A DNA stretch of 64,000 nucleotides, from contig OZ024743.1 of NCBI GenBank assembly GCA_964016885.1, positions 310,310,001 to 310,374,000 of the forward strand, read 5' to 3'. The position numbers were made by a program, and so were the translations under genes. The notes under the pieces were generated by a model. It searched no databases, was not told the origin of the DNA, and worked only from the letters and a program-made list of their open reading frames with translations. This DNA is from Eledone cirrhosa (lineage: Eukaryota). Numbering within the stretch: the stretch's first letter is position 1; every line of letters begins with the position of its first letter. Positions 47,306 through 60,973 of the stretch are shown here, in pieces.

Positions 47306-48868
47306 ATGGTTTCATTAATTGGCCTCAAGGACCGACATATAGGGGACAATACTATAGACGAGGACAGTGGGGGTTTTTACATAAACATCGAGTAAAAAAA
47401 TAGGTAAACAATAAACAAGAAAAATACAATAATGAAAATTCCCCAATAGGTGGTTAATCGCGCAGGGTTGATTCAGGTACCCCACCAATCCTGAACCATC
47501 CGACGCTTTTCACCCGGGAAGGGCACCTCTCTCCCCTTTAAATTCACCAGCCTACAGGCGCATGATAAGAGTAGACCCAATGACACGAGCCATTCTCGCC
47601 AGATTCACCCACCTTTCAGCAAATGTAGTGGGGGAGGGAGGGGGAGGCAGCATTTCTCTCTCTCCCCCCACCTTCCTTTCCGAATGAAATTTGAAAAAGT
47701 TGATTAGAGATTGGCCGAAGAGAAACGTATCTGCCTTCAGTCCTTTCAACCTGGTCCACCATACAACCCCTTTCGCTACTGCCACCAGACAGAGGAAAAT
47801 TGCCTGCCCTTCCTGGCCAAAAGAAGGCGGCGGTTCGTTCTTCACTATAGACTCGTCCGATAGCCGGATCCGTTCTACACGTGACAACGGCTGTTCGACA
47901 TAACTCCACAAGGAAGTAATGCACGGACACTGAACGAGTGCGCGCATAACGGTTTCGTACTTCTGCGTGCATCTCGGGAAGGTCCTTCTGACAGCACTTC
48001 CGTGCCTGTAGAGTTCATCTCGAATTTTTAGTGCACCCCGGTAGCACTGCCAAGCGAGGGATTTTTGGAAGTTATCCATGGTCCCCGGCTCGAAAGTCCT
48101 CCAGAACAGACTGGTTAGTTCGACTTCATCGGCGCCCAGAGCCTCTCCGAGAGCCTCGTCGCATTTGCCACCACTAATCCTCTATAGAACTCGAGAGTGG
48201 AAGTTCCACTGACTGCATTGCCCACATGGAAGAGGGCAGTGAGTGCCTGGCAACATATCGGATGCCAGTCACACAGTCTCGGTCTCTTCTTGATCCAGGA
48301 CTGCATTCCAGTCAGATAGACGAGCTGCGGAAAGACCAGTCTGAGAAACGGCGACCACACTTGTTCACCATTTAGGCAGAATATCTGGAGATGCCACAGC
48401 CTCAGCGCATGTCTGCGCATCATTAGCCACAGCATGCCCATCCCTCCGTGAAGAGGGTGCTGGGCGCAGATGGACTGCTTCACCTACGGAAGCTGTCCTC
48501 TCCACAAGAATTTGAAGTGGAGTCGTTCCAACTTGGCGAGGCGCAGATGGGGGAAAGGCACGAAGGTCAGGTGATAGTAAATGACAGGCGTGGAATTCGC
48601 CATCCTCGCCCGTCCTTTCAGTGACAACCTCCTCTCAGCTCATTTCTGGGCGAGAATAGCTACCCTGATTGTCATCCCGTCCCAATTCCTGTCCACCTGG
48701 AGGTCTAGTCGGAATGAAACCCCGAGCAAATTTACCAGTCCGTTCGTCCAGCGCCCGACGACGCTGTTGGTTGGCTTGGACTTGCCTCTCCAGGTGCCGA
48801 TCTACAACTTTGCTCCTGTCAACCCTTCATATTCCTCCAATAAGGTGCCGACCACCTCGATTTCCGAT
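47304..48868 (-). mobile_element. 5'-truncated Tx1/L1-clade LINE
   Basis: EYEGLTGAKL, LLGVSF, RRLSLKGR, HGGMGM, LAWQCYRGAL. Paralogous to 41376-42345. The 3' end runs into (TAC)n and the 5' end is at (AAT)n. Confidence 0.9.
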
Positions 48869-49057
48869 AAAAATAATAATAATCTTTATCATCATTTTTA
48901 TTGTAATTAACAATAGCACAATGGGACCACAACCACGGTGGAGGTAGAGGAAGTGATAATGATAATGATAGTGATGATGATAATAATTGTAGTACTGATA
49001 ATAATTGTAGTACTGATAATAATAATGGTGGCGATTGTGTTGATGATGATGATGATA

Positions 49058-50760
49058 AAGACACGCTTTAGCCTGGCGTAGCAGGTTATATAGAGACGGT
49101 GTCTCTATAAAGACTCCTGTGGGGAGCGGAAGAGCCCCACAAACCACTCTCACGGAATCATGATGCAAAACAATAATGAAATATTGGACGGCGTGAATGG
49201 GGCTAAAACTAATGAGAGTAAAGGCCTCTTCCCGGTGTGTTTGGAGCCTCCAGCAACAGGAGAAGTGATCCGGCTCCGGACAGTCGTTACCAAGCAACAA
49301 ATCACATACAGTATGTGCGCATAGCTAAACAAAAATGAATGAAGGAAGGGTTGATTAACTGAGGTAGAAATATCTCGGATTAGTGAACGCTTAAATGAAC
49401 TTGTAGATGAACATCAAAGGGGGTTTAGAACAGAAGCTGAAGTCGTCTCTATGTTGAAAGCAGAGAGAAAAATGGGCAGTAGGAACAGGGAGATTGTGAA
49501 TGGAATGTTAGAACTACTGAAGAGTAACCTTATTCATTGAACCCTGGTATGTCTGAGGATGAGAATGGATATGCAAGAGGCAGGTGTCACTTAGATAATG
49601 AGTCGCTTGTGTTACGTAGACGGCTCAGAAGAAAGAATCCCAATGATTAGAGTAGATAGGGAGATGATAATTCAACCTACAAAAAAGATAAATGACAAAA
49701 CACAAACTAGTAACATCATCCAAGGTGTTGCACTGCTTGTAATAGAACAAATAGGAATTACTAAACAGAGTGAAGCACTAAACAGAGTAAAGCAAAAACA
49801 AACAAAACAGACGCATTGAAAATGCCATAATGAGATTGAGGCAGGATCTAAGTAAAATCGTGCAATGGTTTAGAGCAGTGCTTCTCAACCTTTCTCAGCC
49901 CATGGACTATTTTTTCTTCAAAAAATTCCAATCGACCACTCCTACTTTTACTTTTAAGCTGTTCCATTTTCACACTAAAATACTTAATGAAAAGACAAAT
50001 TAGGGTTCCTTGGCTTTTGGTTGAAGAGATGCAGTGTAATACATGAAAGACTGACAACACAATTGAATGATTGTGTCCAGAGAGGTGCGTCCCCACCTAG
50101 ATGGTTTCAGGGAGATCAACGCTTGTGATAAAAGATAGAAATAAGGGGAATGCTGTGGGAAACTACTACACTATAGCATGCCTAAATATAATATGGAAGG
50201 TTCTCGCTGGGATATTTGCGGGAAAGATATATGTTTTACTATCACAGGAAGGAATACTACCAAAGGAACAAAAAGGGTGTAGTGAACAAAAAGGTCTCAG
50301 GATACCAAGGATGACCTGGTTATTGATAAGAGTTTTGGGACATTGTAAGAAACATCACACAAACATGTGTGTGGCCTGGATTGACTTTAAGAAGGCATAT
50401 GATATGGTGCCCCATTCTTGGCACCTTAAGGCCTCTACATTACCAGTGATAGTCGATTCACTTGCTATGATAAAAAAGGGAACTGAAAAACATGTGGACC
50501 AGATACTTGTTAAGCCATCTCTTCAAGAAGTACAGAAAATAGAACTGACTGGCACTGCCCATGTCCTGGGAAGTTCATAATCAACTTAAAAACTGTGCAA
50601 AGACATTTACTGTCATTGTGGCATGATAATTGATGTGTACTATCAAATTTTGACTCTCGTGTCAGGTTGACAGTCGGCATGATTTGGGAAAGAAGCAGAA
50701 TTCATTGAAAGAAACTTTCAAATAAGAAAAATGATAAAGGAAAAAAAGGGACGATTGGTT
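49058..50760 (+). mobile_element. Internally deleted Dong/R4-like element
   Basis: ORF 50101-50580 has GNYYTIACLNIIWKVL, LPKEQKGC and AWIDFKKAYDMVPHSW joined directly to the C-terminal end PVIV..MIKKG..LQEVQKI.LTGTAHVL. It starts right after (GAT)n; boundaries are approximate. Confidence 0.8.
49876..49985 (+). mobile_element. hAT (Charlie-like) terminal fragment nested in the Dong/R4 relic
   Basis: CAGTGCTTCTCAACCTTT terminus preceded by GTTTAGAG (NTCTAGAN-like target). The other TIR was not found. Confidence 0.5.
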
Positions 50761-51699
50761 TTACTATTTCTGATACTATTTGCCGGTTGCAACTCCAGGC
50801 AGAATAAACAACGCAAAATAAAGTATTTTGCCCCCAAACTTATGCACCTGTCTAGCAATCGAATCGACAGCCTTTTGTTCAAAACACTGACCATCGTTTT
50901 ATAATAATTGATGAAGTTTAAAATATCAAAGAGTTAGATAAAACTAGAAATATGTAGCATAGAAAGACCTTCCTTTTCGATGAACTAGATGTAATTCTCA
51001 CTAAATTGAATAGTATATAAATTGACATGTTTCTGAACAGATCTGTGGATGTGTGTTTTGTTTCGTTTTTCTTTTGAGGAAAATATAGCTAATGAATTTA
51101 AAACCGTATTAGAATGTTTCTTGATAAACTACCGAGAAAATATGTACTTAAACATCGTATGTATATATATTTAACTTAATAAGGAGACTTAAATATCATA
51201 ATGACATTTCAGTTTTGTAGCTATAACATAATAGCTACAAATGAATGAATCCTTTAAAGATCAGTGACATTCATCTTTATATTAAACTGGAACTCTGCTG
51301 CAGATATCCAATAGTTACATATGGTATAATTAAACAAACAAATTTGATTGCTATTCTCAAAATATTCGTAATGGATGGCAACACAGCGAGATAATGATAA
51401 TTGTCTATAGATAGTAGTGAAGAAAGTAATTAGAATACGTACAAAAAGAAAACGTGAATGTGCATTGCCAGCTTCTACAAAATGTGTTGGTGGGCTCTGT
51501 GATGTAGCATTAATTCCATAGGCAAATAGTCCGATAAGGAAACATTTATAGCTGGATTAAAGAGGTGCAGTTGAATGATTCGGTGGTAGTGAAATATATT
51601 TTACTGAGTAATATTAAAAAGAAATTAACACAAACACTGTTTAAATCAGCTTAAAGACAGGCGCTCGGAAAGCTTATACATACAAAACATAATAAAAGG

Positions 51700-52026
51700 A
51701 ACCTCCACCGGTGTCGATGATGAGTATCCTAGTTGTTCGATCAACGGGAGAACCTGCTCATAACATTATCATTCCATGAACACGTATTCATTTAATGCAG
51801 TTCTCATGGAGATTCAGCGTGACACATTGTGTGACGAGACTGGCCTTTGGAATTATAGTTATACTTCATATGACTGGCTTACAAATGTTTCAATCTGCCC
51901 AGTTTCATTCTGAAGGCATGGGTCGACCTAAAGTCATAGTAAATGACACGTGTGCAGGGTGGCATACAGGAGGATCGAACTCGGAACCTAACTGTTGTGA
52001 AGAAAACTCCTTAAACATTCGGCCAT
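51700..52026 (-). mobile_element. tRNA-derived SINE (family B)
   Basis: Minus-strand head ATGGCCGAATGTTTAAG...GAGTTCGATCC; the 3' part is shared with 20540-20700 and 54800-54905. Confidence 0.62.
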
Positions 52027-52271
52027 GCTCGTCCACACACACACACTCATATACATACACACACACTCATATATACATACACACTAACGCTAGGGTCCCA
52101 CCTTAATATTGTATTGGTGAGTAATGTGCAGATCCGGTAATAATGCAATGCAAGGGAAGGATTTGTGTTTTAGTGAGGGAGGTTGTGAGCAAGATTTCGT
52201 GAGAAAAGGTTAGTTTCTAGTCGATTATTTGCAATACTGTATAAGTACAGTTTAGGTTTATGGTCTTCAAG

Positions 52272-52353
<82 letters not shown>

Positions 52354-52430
52354 CGAAACATTAGTCAATTGCATGAACTCATAATCCTTTATTTACTGCT
52401 ATATATATTTCGATGAGAGCCATTGAATGG

Positions 52431-52505
<75 letters not shown>

Positions 52506-54244
52506 TAACTGTGTGTGTGTCGAATGTTAAAGATGTGGAATTTCATTTAATTTGAAATTAGTTTAAGTAAATAAACCGATATTCTCTATTTTTGTCACGT
52601 TTACGATAACTTATAATGTTCACCACTACACATGACACGACTAAGCTAACCCCACCTCCAAAAAAAAAATGCCCTTGGCTTACAAAACTCATATTATCTG
52701 TTAGAATGTTTCTGTATCCTTTGTTTTCTCGTTTAACGATAACACTATTCCATTCCCTAATAAATCTTGTCATTGCTACTTAATACATCCCATTGAATCT
52801 GTAAACATCTTATAAAGAAACGTCATACAACAACCTGAAGAGTGTTTTAGTCATTCACAGGAAGGGAGTTTTGTTATTTTATATTTTACAGTTGTTTTAT
52901 ATGATGTTTCTAGATAATCTCACTCAGAGTGAAAGCAGAAATTATTTGTTTAAAACATTTAATCTTTGCTAATTCTTAATAGAGTTTGACAGATTGTGAT
53001 ATATTTCGCAAATCTTGTAACTTTATTTGTTTGCCACTTTGAAAGCTACGTATGAACTTATGATTGCCACGTCATTTGCATATACACAGATATAACTTTG
53101 GAACGAAATAATTTTACGTAGGTTACAGTTTACAAAATAAATTGAACATTAACTAAACGAACATTCTATACATGTGAATAGATTATGTTTTACTTTCCGA
53201 GTTGGCATTGACTTGGTTGTTCTGTTGATGCTGCCTCATATGTCTGAATATCATTTATAGAAATTATTGTACATTATCTATGAGATAAAAGTTCTTAATT
53301 ACGATATCTAGCATATACAAAAAGGAATGGATCTGGGGTAAGGTAATCTTTTTTATACGTTTAATCGATTAACAACGATTATTTAGTGTTAGTTGGTTTA
53401 TAGAACCCGTCGGAAAGCAACGTGCTGTTCGGCAGAATTTGAACACAAAACGGAAAAGAACGAACTGAAAAATGAAACTCTTTTGTCAGGCACTCTACTG
53501 ATTCTCAAAATAATTATGACTGATTTTTATGAATTCTGAAGAGAAAAGCAAAGCATGGGACTATTTCAGGTAAATCAATGTCGTGACATGATTTCAATTT
53601 CCGATTAAGCTTTTTAGCCCACTCAGCTAATTTCCTGAGATAGTTGTGAATGTTAATTCCATTTATCTCTACACTATTATAGTTATTATGTGTGAAAATA
53701 AAAAATGATGATGACCACATTTGTAAAGCTATATATAATTGCTTTCATTTCCCTAATAATCTTATTTAGTTATACACTATATCGTAAATATATCTTGTAG
53801 TATATAGCTTTTATTAAATATCTGATTATATTATTGGCTAAATTACATTTGAAACGGTGGCTGTATAACAATAATGTATAGCCCAAATATCTATGCAAGT
53901 CCCCAAAGCAATTGAAAACATATTTATTGCATATTTTATCATGTATTTAGTAGAAATAAAATCCAATAATTTCTTTACTAACAGATAATGATTTAACATT
54001 TTCTAACACTCTGGCGCCATTGAAAATATATTTATAGGTGTAATAAATCGTGTAGATTTCATTTTAATTGCTTAATTGTTTGGAGAAAATCGAAATTAAT
54101 TACATCAATTTTAAATTTGTTTTTACATTACACCAAAATCCTTTTATAGTCTGTATGTGTATGACGATGTTAATAAGTTTTTGATTATATTATGAGGAGA
54201 TGACAAAATAGCAATTCTTTTAGCACATTTTATATCTATATATG

Positions 54245-54415
54245 TGGGCAGCGAATTAACCGAGTCATTACAACGTTGGAGAGAATCTTTTGCAGTATTC
54301 GACTCAGTTCTTTGCTCTCTGAGTTCAAATATCTCCTATATCAGCTTTGCCTTTCATCCATTCGTGTTCGATAAAAAAATTACCAGTCAATTACTGGATT
54401 CGATTCTTCAATTAT
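54245..54415 (+). mobile_element. Family-A SINE
   Basis: CTGAGTTCAAAT...CTTTGCCTTTCATCC..TTCGATAAAAAAATTACCAGT. Confidence 0.72.
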
Positions 54416-54674
54416 ATATCTTCTTACTTCTATTCTCTCACTCTCTATCCTTCTATAGAATAAATCCGCTGTATTCAGACCTGGCGATGAGGTGGGCTTC
54501 GTCAATTTTGAAAATTAACAAGTGACACCACATATCAATATGGCGACCCTACGACTCCCTCAGGAGTTACGGGACCATGTATATATATATATATATATAT
54601 ACATGTGTGCGTGTGTGTGGGTGTGTGTGTGTGTGTGTACATGTATGTATGTGTATATATCTATGTATAGCGAA

Positions 54675-54905
54675 GCCCCGAGTCTTAGTAGTTAAGATGC
54701 TCGACTCACGACTGGAAAGTAACAAGTTCAATCCCTGTGTTGCGTGGTGTCCTTCAGGTCCACTCAGCAGACAAAAATAAGTTGTACCTGTAAGTTTCAG
54801 ACATGACACAGACTGTGTCACGCTGAGTCTCCCTGAGAACTATGTTAAGGGTACATGCGTCTGTTCTGTCGATGAAACAACTGGAACATTCGTCGTTAGA
54901 ACCAT
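54675..54905 (+). mobile_element. tRNA-derived SINE (family B)
   Basis: TAGTAGTTAAGATGCTCGACTCAC (A box/anticodon-like), AAGTTCAATCCC (B box), GTCCACTCAGC core. Confidence 0.68.
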
Positions 54906-54940
54906 TACAGATCCAATAATAACATAAATGCCTGCATGTA

Positions 54941-55138
54941 TGAAGGTGGGTTGAAAAGTTCATAGTCTGATTATGCAGGAAAGATGCTGTAGCTGTAAAA
55001 TCTTGCATGCATTAATTTCAAATCTTCTTACTAATAACTGCATTATTTCTTTCCAGGGACTATGTTGAAAAATGAACCTCATCTGGTGATTCCTTGAGAG
55101 TATCTTGTTCGGACTATGACCCTTTCAGCCAAACCTGG
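54941..55138. mobile_element. Mariner-type MITE (diverged)
   Basis: Imperfect 30-bp TIRs TGAAGGTGGGTTGAAAAGTTCATAGTCTGA / TCGGACTATGACCCTTTCAGCCAAACCTGG, with TA on both sides. A related solo right TIR lies at ~57138-57169. Confidence 0.7.
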
Positions 55139-58100
55139 TATGTCTGTCTGTTTCTATGTATGTAGTAACTAACGGTAACAGTATAAATCAATCAATGAAA
55201 TATGTCCTGTTCTTTTGTTCTTTCCTTCTGTATCACTGATACACTTGCTCAAGGCGGGAGTTCTTCTCTGAAGTCTTTCTGCAGAGAGTTTCTTAGTATT
55301 TATATTAATTACATTACTGGAATTTACTATTAACATAGTTTTATTAAATGTTCGTAATTATATACAATTTCCACGTCTGTAAGAGAATTCGAACTAGACT
55401 GTGGAGTTTGGTATTAATGTTTATAATGATCAGTACTATCATATCGCTCTCACACGGAAATAATTTGAAAGGAACTTCAAGAAATTAGGAGAATAGATTT
55501 ATCATCATTTGATGAATTTCAATGAAAATATATTGACAAGAATATATGATAAACGTGCTTATTTAATACATTGGAGACAGAGTTATGGTGGTATGACTAG
55601 GGGGTTAAGAGTTCGTTTTGCAATCATAAAGTTCTGGGGTCGATCCCATTTCGAAATATCTTGGGTAAGTTGCGTTACCATAGATTTGTGTCGATCCACA
55701 CCTATTGTATAACATATGGTAGAAGGAAACTGTGTGGAATCCTTTCGAAAGAATTTTACTTGTAATTGAATGATATAACCTCGTCTCATATAATGTCAAG
55801 TGATCTGACTGGGATGTGCCTGTCCCTGCCCTCCCCCTTCCTTTCCTTACTTAGTTCTTTTTTTTTCTTTTTCTTGTATTCATTTAATTTGTTGTTCTGT
55901 TTAATAGTATGTTTTCTTTTTGTATAAAATATATAACTGCGGTCTGTGTTATCAAATTCTATTAAAACTTAAATTAAATCAACCAGCCATCAACAACTCT
56001 TCTAACATTGCTTTCTGACCCCCATTTTATAATGGATGGTAAATCCGGAAATATTTGGGATCATTAAAATTGCCAAGGTAAAATTCTACCGTTTTCACTA
56101 TTTTCGCAGTTCGTTTGTCCTATTTTCTCTAATCCTTCGATTAAAATATTAAAAAAAGTTACTATTTCTGTCTTTGTTAATGGTTAGTTTTATGAAGGTG
56201 TTGTTAAAAGGGTTTTGGGGGTAAGCCGATGTTGCCTTCTAGAAATAGCAGTCACAACTCACCCAAATCTGTTTTAAATGCTAAAGGACACATTCATTAA
56301 TTATGGAATTCCCTTCGGGAATTATACTAACGTGTAACACGTAAGTCATAATACAGTTCTGGTTATATTCAATAGAATATATTTTGAATGTGACTCAGTT
56401 GGCAACAAACTGTGACTGGTTTTCTACTATCATTTTAAAAGTCTGTGCAATGTCTTTGAACAAGAACAATGGACAAAGACTATTGTAATCGCTATAATTC
56501 TTAAACGGCGTAGGTTGAAAGTATACTTGGCGTAGTTCATCCATCCATGAAACTATATCTACAGATGAACTCGTATGGGTACTGATGCGATATACAGTGT
56601 TTCTTGGATATGATAAATCTGATGGAGCCCATCCTTCTCCAGGTTAGTTCATAGTCCCTTTCTTGCAGGGAAAGAAATATGGGCGGTGGGGTGATGAATA
56701 AAAATATAATTAAGAAGGAAAGATCGATGCTTGTATTTGGCAGGGACTTTTTTTATAGGCTTCGCAAGGATGAAATGTGAAGTTCACCTCGATGTGATTC
56801 AAAATCAGAGTGCGGAAAACTGGAATGATACCGCAAAATATTTCTTTCATTATCCTAACGATGCTGCCAATTCGAGCTTTATCAATGTAGTAGCAGTAAC
56901 AGACAAACGTGGTATTTATTTAGTTTCTTTTGCATTCTAAATAAGCATGTAGCCTCTAGTTAGGAATATGTTTGTATTCTTTACATACGAAAGATGGTGG
57001 ACAAATACTACGCAAGTAGGTGAATCCATTTAACAGACTGTGCCTCTATTCCTGGAATGACACAATGTAATTATTTATAAGAAGATCTGAAATCAATTCA
57101 TGAACGATTTCACATCACTAGCCTCACTACTTCATAGTCAGCCTATAGACCTTTCAGCCCACCCTCGTACACTCGTACGCATACAAACTTTCTCTCTCAC
57201 CTCAAATTGATGGCCACAGTCAATGGAGGTTATAATTAGTTCTAAATTTTCTCCCTAGCATGTGAACATATTCATATAGAAGGAAATGGAATTGAAAAGA
57301 GAATAAACAGGAGAAATTTAATTTGAGATTATTTTACCATGAATATTTCCATATAACGGAATTATACTTGATAAATTTCCCTGCAGCAATAACTATATTT
57401 TGCATATTTCTTTTTCCTTTGTCATAGAGTAAATATAATCTAAATATTCAAAACTTCTAAAGAATCTAATATTCGCTCTGCCGTTAGCGATTAAATGGAT
57501 CAATAGTCATATTCCTTGCAATCTGCTTTTGATCATCCTATGTTGTGATCATGTTGTGACAATCCACTGCCTGATCCGTGTTTGATCATAGAAGATTCGA
57601 TCTGCATCCGGTTAATGCCAATTTAATCTATCGACACCAAGAAATGATGATATCTTTAAAAAAGTCATGCTTGGAGTATTTTATGTACATCCTTGTTAAA
57701 ATACAAAGACGCCTATATCAATAAATATTTTAGCGCTAAAGTTCGTTGAAAGTAATGAAAGAGTATATCTGACCAAACGTATTGTAGTATTTTGTTTCAT
57801 GCCATTACGTCCCCCGTTCAAATCCCACTATCAGAAGCTATTTTGTTAACTCTTCAAACTAAAGTATTTGAGTGCCTTGGCCATTTAAAACCCGATGGAT
57901 CCCATCCATTTTCAAGTCTGAGAAGAGCCGCTTACTTCCAGAGAAAGAGGAGATGAAGAGATAGATAAGTAGAGAACGAAAGAAATAGAGATACTATGAG
58001 TGTGTGATCGACCTTGAGAAGGTTGAAAGTCAAAGTTGACTTAATGCGTTCGCACTGAGAATTTAGAAACCTGCAACGAATAGCACTAACCATTCTATCC

Positions 58101-58221
58101 GGCCTTTAAACAATCTGTCAATACTTCGTTTCATATCAACTTTACAGGATCGATAATTATCGTTAATATAATGTTGTCGACTGAATTTCTTATTTTCATC
58201 TGGACTAATCTTAACTTTTTT

Positions 58222-58400
58222 TAATACTTTAACTTCTTTCAGTCATTAGACTACTGCCATACTGGAGCTCTGCCATTATTTCGTCGATCATATCGATCCC
58301 AGTTATTTCTTTCCAACCTGGGATTTATTTCATCAAATGATTTTGGTCGGAAAGCTACGGGACATAATACACTCAAAACCTTAGTCATAGGAACGGACAT
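58222..58400 (-). mobile_element. Degenerate SINE-like repeat (TTTCAGTCATT.GACT..GCCAT.CTGGAGC end)
   Basis: The same terminal motif occurs at ~30988-31020. I recall it as a common octopus repeat end; this was not verified. Confidence 0.5.
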
Positions 58401-58438
58401 CCCCAGATTCACAAATACACAGACATAAACAGGTGCGC

Positions 58439-58517
<79 letters not shown>

Positions 58518-59550
58518 GTGGTATATATCTAATACCTTTAAAGCGTATAAACCCCTAAATCCTCTTTAAACATTCCGTCAATGCATTATTTATCGATCCC
58601 AGAATATGTGATACTTAAAGTTGATATTGACGGGATTTACACACAGAAGCCTCAGATTCAGTACAGACACTGTGAAATATCGACTCTTTAACAATTCTTT
58701 CAATTCAGTCTCCGTGTTGACACTTTATTTATCGACTCGAACATTATGAAAGTCAAATTTGACCTGGCAGGACTTGAACCCTACTCATGTAATCCGAAGC
58801 ACTAACATCGCTAACAAATCGCTGCTCACTGAAACACAAGAGTAGCAATATTGGGAACAAAGTACGTCGTGTAAATCTCTCATCTTTTCCACAGCAAAAC
58901 TATTTCTTTGCATACCCATCCTCCGATTAATCAGATATGAGGAAAAATCCCAAACGGATCGAACGTCGTACAAGGTTTACTGATAATTGTTTTCCGTACA
59001 AAAGATGTGATAGTTTCACAACACTTGTTGTGGGACATCTCCTCTACCACAAAACTCAGATACCATAGCATATGACACTAAAAACCTTGACGGGAAATAA
59101 ACTTGTCGAGCCCTGGTGGGTATTATGTAAAATTGACTCCGATGAAATTTGAACCTAGATTTCAAAACGCCGGAACACAAACCATTTTATCACCCTCTAA
59201 GTATCCCGCCCCCCCGTTTCCATGAAATATTAAGGAATAGAAATGAAAGAGCCCTCAACTTCTGATGAAGTGTAGAGGCGCAGTCGTGACTACCAGCGCC
59301 ATTTGGACATTTTAAATCAAGGGGAGGCCACCCCTTTTCAAATATGAATAGCTTATTTCTTCAAGAGAGTTAAAAATTGAGAGAATCAACCCATTTCTGT
59401 TAAGTTATGTATCCACCTTGTGTGTCAAAGTTGACATCAGGTCATTTTTAACTTAATGCGCAATGAGCCGAAACAAATACGTAGGCATATAATCCGATAC
59501 CTTAACGACTTTGCCACTTCGTCACTTCTGAAATAATATGTCTAAGTCTA

Positions 59551-59911
59551 AAGTCTATCTCGACCCAAGAGGCTTATCAGACCGGTGCTTACACCAGTTT
59601 CCATGGAGTTTAGTGACTGAAAGTACAACACTTCCCACTGACAGGATTCCAGCCCATTGTCGGGTTAAAGTCTGTTTCGAGCCCAGAGGTTCAATAGGCC
59701 GGTGCTTACCCCAGTTACCGTGGCGTGAAACGACTGAAAGAACAAGACTCTCTCCTGGACAGACCGTCAGCCTATTGCTGGTTTAAACCCCCAGCTATTA
59801 CAGGTACTCAATTTCAGCTGAATATATGAGCAAGGCGAAATAACACAACACACCAGTTCAGGAATCGAACCAACGATGTTATCGTAAGTCTAACACCCTT
59901 ACCACTAGTCC
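59551..59911 (-). mobile_element. tRNA-SINE with tandemly duplicated 3' domain
   Basis: Units at 59551-59667 and 59668-59785 both read AAGTCT..TCGA.CC.AGAGG..CCGGTGCTTAC.CCAGTT.CC.TGG. The tRNA head is at ~59855-59911 (minus strand GGTTCGATTCC). Confidence 0.65.
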
Positions 59912-59929
59912 AATAGAAGAAGAAATAAT

Positions 59930-60116
59930 TGTTTCTACGTTAGGCACAAGGCCAGCAATTACCCAGTGTATTACTGGTACTTTATTTTATCGACCCCGTA
60001 AGGATGATAGGCAAAGATAACCTCGGCGGGATTTGAACTCAGAATGGCAAGGGCCGTAACTCTATGCGCCAAAGCATGGCATCCGACACTCTACCAATAC
60101 TGCCAATCCACCGCCT
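59930..60116 (-). mobile_element. Young family-A SINE with 18-bp target-site duplication
   Basis: TSD AATAGAAGAAGAAATAAT at 59912-59929 and 60117-60134; clear A and B boxes. Confidence 0.92.
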
Positions 60117-60613
60117 AATAGAAGAAGAAATAATGAAATATTTAATTTCTCGGAAACAAAAATATTCAATATAATAGTGGTAAGATACCCAAATGATAAA
60201 TTAGATTTTGTAACTGACAACATTTCCAATTCGAATAAAAGAAGATTCCAATTTTGTTAGATGCAGTCAATTTAATCGGTTATTATCGATTATAGCAACT
60301 GTTGTTTAGTGATGAGAACATTGATTCTGGGAAAGAAAGCGAACACATAACAATATTCTATTTCAGATGTTCATCAGAAAATTAACCTGTCAAGCAATGC
60401 ACTGCAGTTCATTAAACAAAGAAGAGTTTCACTTATTGCACAACATCAACAATGCCGTGATGTTCTAGGATCATTGCCTATTGGACATACTCCCGGCGTC
60501 GGCCATCTTTATTGCTTTCAAATAAATCAAATTTTGCTTCTTTTACACACATAAGAGTATACACAAATATACATATATATACAGTCATACACATCTAGAC
60601 ACACACACACACA

Positions 60614-60725
<112 letters not shown>

Positions 60726-60886
60726 AAAGATTTTCGCTCTACATGGGTGAATACAATAAATTTATAAAATATGTATAAATCTACTGGGATGGCTTTAAAA
60801 AAGAAACTGTTTGCATAATTGCAAACGGATCGGATATTATTATTAATATTCGAAAAACTCAGATTACATGTATATATATACATATA

Positions 60887-60973
<87 letters not shown>

